Below, in pieces: positions 36,556-46,269 of a DNA stretch of 64,000 bases (position 1 is the stretch's first letter; every line of letters starts with the position of its first letter). The notes under the pieces were generated by a model. That model saw only the letters and a program-made list of their open reading frames with translations, was not told where the DNA came from and did no database searches. The position numbers and the translations under genes were made by a program. This DNA comes from Neocallimastix sp. 'constans' (Eukaryota), in the NCBI GenBank assembly GCA_050613775.1, contig JBODTK010000117.1, positions 124,001 to 188,000 of the forward strand. Reading direction: 5' to 3'.

Positions 36556-38875
36556 TTTTTTTTTTAGACTAAAAAGAGAATACACTTCTAGTGCTTTATT
36601 AAATAGACGATTATATTTTTAGGTATTGATTTTTTTTAAAAAAAAACATTATATAATTTAAAGTTAAAAAAAGTATGAAAAAGATTAAGTAAAATAAAAT
36701 AAAACCAAATTTTAATTAATCATGAAAAAAATTTAATGTTATAAAGAATAAAAATAAGTTCCAAAGTAAAAAAATTTCGGTGTGATGTATATTATGTGTA
36801 GTAACATGATCACCAGTTAAATCTAAAATAATAAAACAAAGAAGTAACATCTTTGAAATAGATAGTATGGTATCCACTAAACTCTCCCCTGAACCACAAG
36901 AAAGATCATCAAAAATTGAATTACTTACTATAGGTTCTGTGTTCGGAACTGTGCTGTTAGTAAATTCGTATTGATGAGAATTAACAGGAATTCTAACTGC
37001 ATTATTCCTTTGTCATATCGGTACGACGTCGGCACTCTTGGTAATGAAAGTGTTTTTTTGCTAAACCTCCAAAAAGTAACTCAAGAGAACTACTGATGAT
37101 TGATATTGTATTAGCAAGATATTCTGCAAGCCCCACAATATTCGGAACAGTAGACCCCTGTGAACTTTTTAGAAGTTGTTCACTTAAATGTCCCCATTCT
37201 TCAGTATCGAATTGTAGCTCATCTAAAGCTAAAATTTCACCAAGAAAGAATATATAAATATACCTGTTTACGAATGGCGTTATTGAATAATCAACCAGAA
37301 ATGCTTTGGTTCTTAAACAAAACATCCCATTCCTTTTTATAATTTAAATCAATAATGTCTGCATCTCTTCCACCAAGAAGAAAGTTATATAATCGGTACC
37401 ACGTCACATATATATTTACACACTCATTATTCAGAAAATTACTTAAATTACCACGATTTTTACCAATTGAACTATTCACTAAATTAGAAGTTACGATATT
37501 ATAATTTTCACTTTTACTAATATTAATAATTCTATTTTCACTATCACTATTTCTACTATTATTAACCATATTATTTCTATTGTTAATATTATTAATATTA
37601 TATACTTCGTTACCACTATCAGAATCAGAACATAGTTCTATATTATTCATATCTGTGATAACAGTGTCTACATTACTATTAGATATTGGACAATATTTAG
37701 AAATAATATAAAATATTTCATAAGGAATATCAATATCCTAAAAATATTTCATTCGAAATTCAAGGAAAAGATAGCATTTAGAAAACCGATGTTCCAATCG
37801 AGGATTACTATTTTTTCTATAACAACAAGGACACCTTTCAGGACAGTCTTCTTCAATCATTTTGGCGGCTTTGGCAACAAGAGCATCGAATTTATATCCA
37901 CATCTGGCACGAAGTACCCATCGGAAGCCAATGCTAAATTCAGGATATTTATAATTTAGCTTAAGATACTCTCTAGTTTTTCGAAATTATTATTCTTATA
38001 AGCCTTAGCTTTGATTGATTTTCCTGCCATATCTCTATTCCAGTAAAAGTTTAAAATAGCTTTTTTTAGATGGAAATTTATCTAATTTGTAAGCTAAAAT
38101 TTTACTTTCTTTATCCCATGCATGACGTCTACAACGAGATATATCTCTAAGTAAATCAGAGATAATACATTTTGAGTTTTTCCATTTTTTAAAGCACCTT
38201 ACCTTAGCAATCGCACATTTCGCCGAAAGAGGAGGAACGTTAAGTTTTTTTAGAAACACAATAAAGGGAGGTAAAGCTATTCCCTTTAGAAAATCCTTCA
38301 ATCCAGTATAATCTTGAATTAACTTGTGTTTGTGTACTTCTCATTTTATCTTTGTTAGATCCAAGTAGAGGTGCATAATATGAAACATGTCCAATTACTA
38401 TAGCTGAAAATAACATTCTTTTATAAGGGATAGGAATATGAAGATTCTTAAGAAATCCTTTTATGGAATAAAGTGCATTTCTAACTTTATTATTCACTCT
38501 CTGTATGATCGGTTTCAATTCTAAATCATTTGAAAATGATACACCTAAGTAGGTATAGCAATTCGTTTTAGGTAACTCTTGACTTGAAAGATAGAAGGTA
38601 GGATTACTATTATAAAGAAAACTAGAAAATTCCCCTCGTACTACTAGACTTGCACATTTATTGATACCAAATTGCATTTTTATTATTCCAGCCCATTTAC
38701 TGGCAAACTTTAACAATTTCTTAAGTTGTGATCTTGTTTGAGCACATAACACAATGTCATCTGAAAAAAGACCTCCACAACAACGTTTATCACTAATAGA
38801 AATGCCATATTTATTACAATTATTAAAAATATCATTAATGAACAAGTTAAACAAAATTGGTGAGAGGAGACAATC
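36556..38875 (-). mobile_element. Non-LTR retrotransposon, older subfamily A, 5'-truncated and frameshifted
   Basis: RT motifs LSPILFNLFINDIF, GGLFSDDIVLCA, FGINKCA and YTYLGV; LNVPPLSAKCA; CPERCPCC zinc knuckle; short poly(A) tail (T10 on + at 36556-36565). Confidence 0.9.
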
Positions 38876-39031
38876 TTAAATGGAATAGAAATTTTGGAAT
38901 TTGAAAGAAATTTACTAACAGAAAAGAGAGCTTTAGTAACTTTAGAGTTAAGTAATTTAATAACAGGGTTCAACGATAAGCTTTTATCAAATGATATACC
39001 TAAATAGGTATAACATTTAGTTATTGGGATT

Positions 39032-39064
<33 letters not shown>

Positions 39065-40257
39065 GGCAGCAAACTTGTTTCGTCTTTATTAATTAAATAT
39101 TTGATAAAATACATGTAATAAAAAGGAAAAAAAAAAGATAAAAAAATAAAAAAAAAAAAAAAAAAAAAAAAAACACAAAATAAAATAAAATAAAATAATG
39201 GTATAAAATAGTAGTAGTAGTAGAATACGATTTGAACCTATTGAACAAAGACCATTGCTGACCAATAGCAATAGGTATAATCAATTGAAGAAGAGCTGTT
39301 TTTTTTTTTTTTTTTTTTAACGGCAGCAAACTTGTTTCATCTATATTAATTAAATATTTGATAAAATATATGTAATAAAATAATAAAAAAAAAAGATAAA
39401 AAAATAAACAAAAAATAAAACACAAAATAAAATAAAATAATGGTATAATATATTCTAGTTTCATTTAATTAATATTTGTAAGACTTCACAAGGGCATTAT
39501 TATACTGAAGTATAATAATTATTTTTGACTTCACAATGTGAATCATAATTTTTAAGATACAAAATTATGATCTTCATTGGTTGCGCTAGCCCTGCTGGCC
39601 TGTCTTACTGTTTCTTCAGCATTGACGCTCTTGGTAGTAGTAGTACGATTCGATTTGAACCTATTGAACAAAGACCATTGCTGGTCAATAGCAATAGGTA
39701 TAATCGATTGGAGAAATGCCGCAGTAACCACTAAGAACGGAGTATCAGAATAAGCACCTGATTTCATCTGTCACTTAAATAGATCCTCCCATTCCCTTGT
39801 ACTGTTATTAATACTTCGACCTCCAAGAAGGAAATTAAACACTTTTTCACACACACTAGAATCAACATACACATTATTTTCAATACTATTATTAACATTA
39901 CTAATAAAACTATTATTAATATTACTATTAACTATTATTACTATTACTATTATTACTGTTGCTGTAATCATTATTACTATTAACTATATCATTTGTTAGG
40001 TTGCCACTGTAAAAAGCATTATATAAAAATAAAAATTTATCATTAACTTTACTACGAATATGATTGAAAAATGGACAATCAATTAACCAATGACTTATCC
40101 ATTGTTTATTACTTTTACAACAGGGACAAAAATTAGGACACATTTGATCTACTAAAGAAGAGCCGTAGTAACCACCAAGAATGGAGTATCAGAATAAACA
40201 CCTGATTTCATCTGGCATTTAAATAGATCCTTCTATTCCCTTGTACTGTTATTAATA
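38876..40257 (-). mobile_element. Nested short fragments of LINE subfamily B: B0 at 38876-39033; U1 at 39034-39298 plus 40155-40257; U2 at 39299-40154 inserted into U1
   Basis: U1 and U2 end in ...gaaacaagtttgctgccgtt(A)n on the minus strand; B0 lacks a 3' end. All three align by eye to the longer copies at 40268-45379. Confidence 0.9.
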
Positions 40258-40264
40258 TGTATTA

Positions 40265-40267
<3 letters not shown>

Positions 40268-40305
<38 letters not shown>

Positions 40306-41938
40306 GGCAGCAAACTTGTTTCATCTTTATTAATTAAATATTTGATAAAATACATGTAATAAAATAATAAAAAAAAAAAAGATAAAAAAATAAACAAAAA
40401 ATAAAACACAAAATAAAAATAAAATAATGGTATAATATATTCTAGTTTCATTTAATTAATATTTGTAAGACTTCACAAGGGCATTATTATACTGAAGTAT
40501 AATAATTAACTTTGACTTCGCAATGTTAATCATAATTTTAAGATACAAAATTATGATCTTCATTGGTTGCGCTAGCCCTGCTGGCCTGTCTTACTGTTTC
40601 TTCAGCATTGACGCTCTTGGTAGTAGTAGTACGATTCGATTTGAACTTATTGAACAAAGACCATTGCTGGTCAATAGCAATAGGTATAATCGATTGGAGA
40701 AGTGCCGCAGTAACCACTAAGAACGGAGTATCAGAATAAGCACCTGATTTCATCTGGCACTTAAATAGATCCTTCCATTCCCTTGTACTGTTATTAATAC
40801 TTCGACCTCCAAGAAGGAAATTAAACACTTTTTCACACACACTAGAATCAATATACACATTATTTTCAATACTATTACTAACATTACTAAAAATACTATT
40901 ACTAATATTATTATTACTATTATAATTATTACTATTATTACTATTACTATTATCATTATTACTATTAACAATATCATTTGTTAGGTTGCCACGGTAAAAA
41001 GCATTATATAAAAATAAAATTTTATCATTAACTTTACTACGAGTATGATTGAAAAAGGGACAATCAATTAACCAATGACTTATCCATTGTTTATTACTTT
41101 TACAACAGGGACAAAAATTAGGACACATTTGGTCCACTATTTTTGCAGCTTTAGCAATTCTAGCATCTAATCTATATCCGCTTCGTGCTCTCAATAGCCA
41201 ATAGAAACCATATGAAAGATCAGGATAGTCATAACAAAGTTTTATAAATTTTGATGTTTCTTCGAATTTGTTTTTGTCATAAAACTCAGCTTTAATAGAA
41301 TTGATTTTCATATCTCTTTTCCAATAAAAATCCTTGATTTTATTATCGTTATTACCTCTTTTCTCTAGTTTACGTTTAAGAGTTCTACTTTCTTTTGTCC
41401 ATGTATATTTTCTAGATTTTGGAATATTATTAACTAAATAGGAAATAATACAATTTGAATTTTTCCATTTATCAAAACATTTGACCTGAGACAAAGCACA
41501 CTTAGCTGACAATGGAGGAATATGTAAATCTTTTGAAATAGAATATACATTAATAAATGATTTGGCTTTTTGTATACCTGCAATCCATCTTAATCCTTTA
41601 TTAATTAATTTCTGAGTATTATTTGTTCTCGTTTTATTCGAACCAAGTAAAGGTGCAAAGTAAGAGACTTTACTAAGTACATAAGAGTTAATTATAATCT
41701 TCTTAAATGGAATAGGAATTTTGGAATTTGAAAGAAATTTACTAACAGAAAAGAGAGCTTTAGTTACTTTAGAGTTAAGTAATTTAATAATAGGTTTCAA
41801 CGATAAGCTTTTATCAAATGGTATACCTAAATAGGTATAACATTTAGTTATTGGAATTGGTTGACCAGCAAGATAAAAAGTAGGATCTCTTTTATTTTGA
41901 AAAAGAGGTGTGTCAGGTCGAATCACCATCGTTGCACA

Positions 41939-41939
<1 letters not shown>
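40268..41939 (-). mobile_element. LINE subfamily B copy U3, 5'-truncated, open 463-aa C-terminal ORF (40538-41929)
   Basis: Poly(A) at 40268-40302, 3' UTR, RT thumb region (YTYLGIPF) and CCHC knuckle CPCCKSNKQWISHWLIDC. Confidence 0.95.
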
Positions 41940-41970
<31 letters not shown>

Positions 41971-43606
41971 GGCAGCAAACTTGTTTCATCTTTATTAATT
42001 AAATATTTGATAAAATACATGTAATAAAATAATAAAAAAGAAAAAAAAGATAAAAAAATAAACAAAAAATAAAACACAAAATAAAAATAAAATAATGGTA
42101 TAATATATTCTAGTTTCATTTAATTAATATTTGTAAGACTTCACAAGGGCATTATTATACTGAAGTATAATAATTAACTTTGACTTCGCAATGTTAATCA
42201 TAATTTTAAGATACAAAATTATGATCTTCATTGGTTGCGCTAGCCCTGCTGGCCTGTCTTACTGTTTCTTCAGCATTGACGCTCTTGGTAGTAGTAGTAC
42301 GATTCGATTTGAACTTATTGAACAAAGACCATTGCTGGTCAATAGCAATAGGTATAATCGATTGGAGAAGTGCCGCAGTAACCACTAAGAACGGAGTATC
42401 AGAATAAGCACCTGATTTCATCTGGCACTTAAATAGATCCTTCCATTCCCTTGTACTGTTATTAATACTTCGACCTCCAAGAAGGAAATTAAACACTTTT
42501 TCACACACACTAGAATCAATATACACATTATTTTCAATACTATTACTAACATTACTAAAAATACTATTACTAATATTATTATTACTATTATAATTATTAC
42601 TATTATTACTATTACTATTATCATTATTACTATTAACAATATCATTTGTTAGGTTGCCACGGTAAAAAGCATTATATAAAAATAAAATTTTATCATTAAC
42701 TTTACTACGAGTATGATTGAAAAAGGGACAATCAATTAACCAATGACTTATCCATTGTTTATTACTTTTACAACAGGGACAAAAATTAGGACACATTTGG
42801 TCCACTATTTTTGCAGCTTTAGCAATTCTAGCATCTAATCTATATCCGCTTCGTGCTCTCAATAGCCAATAGAAACCATATGAAAGATCAGGATAGTCAT
42901 AACAAAGTTTTATAAATTTTGATGTTTCTTCGAATTTGTTTTTGTCATAAAACTCAGCTTTAATAGAATTGATTTTCATATCTCTTTTCCAATAAAAATC
43001 CTTGATTTTATTATCGTTATTACCTCTTTTCTCTAGTTTACGTTTAAGAGTTCTACTTTCTTTTGTCCATGTATATTTTCTAGATTTTGGAATATTATTA
43101 ACTAAATAGGAAATAATACAATTTGAATTTTTCCATTTATCAAAACATTTGACCTGAGACAAAGCACACTTAGCTGACAATGGAGGAATATGTAAATCTT
43201 TTGAAATAGAATATACATTAATAAATGATTTGGCTTTTTGTATACCTGCAATCCATCTTAATCCTTTATTAATTAATTTCTGAGTATTATTTGTTCTCGT
43301 TTTATTCGAACCAAGTAAAGGTGCAAAGTAAGAGACTTTACTAAGTACATAAGAGTTAATTATAATCTTCTTAAATGGAATAGGAATTTTGGAATTTGAA
43401 AGAAATTTACTAACAGAAAAGAGAGCTTTAGTTACTTTAGAGTTAAGTAATTTAATAATAGGTTTCAACGATAAGCTTTTATCAAATGGTATACCTAAAT
43501 AGGTATAACATTTAGTTATTGGAATTGGTTGACCAGCAAGATAAAAAGTAGGATCTCTTTTATTTTGAAAAAGAGGTGTGTCAGGTCGAATCACCATCGT
43601 TGCACA

Positions 43607-43607
<1 letters not shown>
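41940..43607 (-). mobile_element. LINE subfamily B copy U4 (ORF 42206-43597, protein identical to U3)
   Basis: 1668-bp period, same 5' junction (gttgcacac|T28) and same 463-aa translation. Confidence 0.95.
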
Positions 43608-43638
<31 letters not shown>

Positions 43639-45379
43639 GGCAGCAAACTTGTTTCATCTTTATTAATTAAATATTTGATAAAATACATGTAATAAAATAA
43701 TAAAAAAGAAAAAAAAGATAAAAAAATAAACAAAAAATAAAACACAAAATAAAAATAAAATAATGGTATAATATATTCTAGTTTCATTTAATTAATATTT
43801 GTAAGACTTCACAAGGGCATTATTATACTGAAGTATAATAATTAACTTTGACTTCGCAATGTTAATCATAATTTTAAGATACAAAATTATGATCTTCATT
43901 GGTTGCGCTAGCCCTGCTGGCCTGTCTTACTGTTTCTTCAGCATTGACGCTCTTGGTAGTAGTAGTACGATTCGATTTGAACCTATTGAACAAAGACCAT
44001 TGCTGGTCAATAGCAATAGGTATAATCGATTGGAGAAGTGCCGCAGTAACCACTAAGAACGGAGTATCAGAATAAGCACCTGATTTCATCTGGCACTTAA
44101 ATAGATCCTTCCATTCCCTTGTACTGTTATTAATACTTCGACCTCCAAGAAGGAAATTAAACACTTTTTTACACACACTAGAATCAATATACACATTATT
44201 TTCAATACTATTACTAACATTACTAAAAATACTATTACTAATATTATTATTACTATTATAACTATTACTATTATAACTATTACTATTATTACTATTACTA
44301 TTATCATTATTACTATTAACAATATCATTTGTTAGGTTGCCACGGTAAAAAGCATTATATAAAAATAAAATTTTATCATTAACTTTACTACGAGTATGAT
44401 TGAAAAAGGGACAATCAATTAACCAATGACTTATCCATTGTTTATTACTTTTACAACAGGGACAAAAATTAGGACACATTTGGTCCACTATTTTTGCAGC
44501 TTTAGCAATTCTAGCATCTAATCTATATCCGCTTCGTGCTCTCAATAGCCAATAGAAACCATATGAAAGATCAGGATAGTCATAACAAAGTTTTATAAAT
44601 TTTGATGTTTCTTCGAATTTGTTTTTGTCATAAAACTCAGCTTTAATAGAATTGATTTTCATATCTCTTTTCCAATAAAAATCCTTGATTTTATTATCGT
44701 TATTACCTCTTTTCTCTAGTTTACGTTTAAGAGTTCTACTTTCTTTTGTCCATGTATATTTTCTAGATTTTGGAATATTATTAACTAAATAGGAAATAAT
44801 ACAATTTGAATTTTTCCATTTATCAAAACATTTGACCTGAGACAAAGCACACTTAGCTGACAATGGAGGAATATGTAAATCTTTTGAAATAGAATATACA
44901 TTAATAAATGATTTGGCTTTTTGTATACCTGCAATCCATCTTAATCCTTTATTAATTAATTTCTGAGTATTATTTGTTCTCGTTTTATTCGAACCAAGTA
45001 AAGGTGCAAAGTAAGAGACTTTACTAAGTACATAAGAGTTAATTATAATCTTCTTAAATGGAATAGGAATTTTGGAATTTGAAAGAAATTTACTAACAGA
45101 AAAGAGAGCTTTAGTTACTTTAGAGTTAAGTAATTTAATAATAGGTTTCAACGATAAGCTTTTATCAAATGGTATACCTAAATAGGTATAACATTTAGTT
45201 ATTGAAATTGGTTGACCAGCAAGATAAAAAGTAGGATCTCTTTTATTTTGAAAAAGAGGTGTGTCTGGTCGAATCACCATCGTTGCACACTTATTAATTC
45301 CAAAATTCATCATATTAAATTTAGCCCATTCATTTACCTTCTTAAGCATTTTTTTCAACTTAGTTCTTGACGGTGCGCA
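43608..45379 (-). mobile_element. LINE subfamily B copy U5, 5'-truncated just after the RT catalytic DD motif
   Basis: Begins at CAPSRTKLKK (compare DDIVLCAQTRSQLKK in subfamily A), then FGINKCA. It differs from U3/U4 by several substitutions and a 15-bp repeat expansion. Confidence 0.95.
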
Positions 45380-45888
45380 ATGTATTAATATTAAAAGAAT
45401 TACTTTCTTTTTTAGACTTATTGAGAAGTAGTTAATTAAGAATCTCATTTAATAATATACTTCGTTAATAAATAAATAAATAAATAAATAAATTAATAAA
45501 AATAAAAAATAAAAAAAAAAAAAATAAACACAGAAGACACAATAATCTAAAGAATAACAATCTTTAATTTTTTATATTTTTTAAGATATTTTTTTTTATT
45601 TATTTTTTTTATTGTATTGTATTTATGTAATATTTTTTGTTTATTTTTCTTATTTAATTATGATTAAATTTTAATATAATAATTTCTTATAAATTATTTT
45701 TACAATTATTGTTTTAGAAAACTAAATTTTCTTTAAATTATTATATATAAATTTTATCTTTAAATATTTTTGTTGATATTAATTTTCCTTTTTTTTTTTT
45801 TTTTGGACTTTTATTTTCTTTTTTTTTTTTTTTTTATTTTTCTTTAGGAACTTGACATTTTTTAAAACAAATTATATTAACATTTAAC

Positions 45889-46269
45889 CTAGTAGTTAAC
45901 ACTAATAAGGTAATCAGCTAATGATTCAACAATCTTAGTAGCTTCTCCTGGTTGAGTTGGTTCAACATAGGTACCAATAAGAACAGCTTGATTAGTTTTA
46001 ACACAGGCACAACCATCATTACCGGCCTTAGCATAGATACTTCTGTCATCAGCTCTAAGGGCAATGTACTTCTTACCATTGATATGTAAACCACTAGTAC
46101 GAATACCAGATGGATCCTTAAAAGCCTTAATTAAATTTTGGAATTCAGTGGCACTGACTGCGAATCCAGCTGAAGTAGCCCAGGTACTTCCATCATGACC
46201 ATGAATAGCTGCTTGAGCGATTTTACCAGTACCAAGAAGGTTTTGGTCAACGTAAGCTTGCCAAGACAT
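45889..46269 (-). CDS. PFY1: Profilin (126 aa, no intron in the CDS; probable 5' UTR intron at 46283-46853)
   Basis: MSWQAYVDQNLLGTG...AAIHGHDG..WA...KYIALRADDRSIYA...VKTNQAVLIG...VESLADYL; strong high-expression codon bias. Confidence 0.98.
   Translation of the reverse strand: MSWQAYVDQNLLGTGKIAQAAIHGHDGSTWATSAGFAVSATEFQNLIKAFKDPSGIRTSGLHINGKKYIALRADDRSIYAKAGNDGCACVKTNQAVLIGTYVEPTQPGEATKIVESLADYLISVNY

Noticed and set aside
40303..40560. Self-cleaving ribozyme in the LINE 3' UTR
   Set aside because: I could not find a hammerhead core (CUGANGA...GAAA) or an HDV-like fold by eye; only simple hairpins are supported.
39093..44328. Repeated small ORFs (MKLEYIIPLF..., MILLIVIMII..., MLIIILRYK...)
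   Set aside because: They are alternative-frame or antisense readings of the LINE 3' UTR and Asn-rich segment, and recur only because the element is repeated.
39034..45379. CRISPR-like, retron or telomere interpretation of the repeated aacggcagcaaacttg units
   Set aside because: The repeats are polyadenylated LINE 3' ends followed by homologous rather than unique sequence. The array is interstitial between ordinary genes and no telomeric repeat is seen.
45380..45448. N-terminus MRFLINYFSISLKKKVILLILIH of the 524-aa ORF
   Set aside because: It lies outside the element, in and beyond the TSD. It is a chance in-frame extension into flanking DNA and lacks the RT catalytic aspartates.
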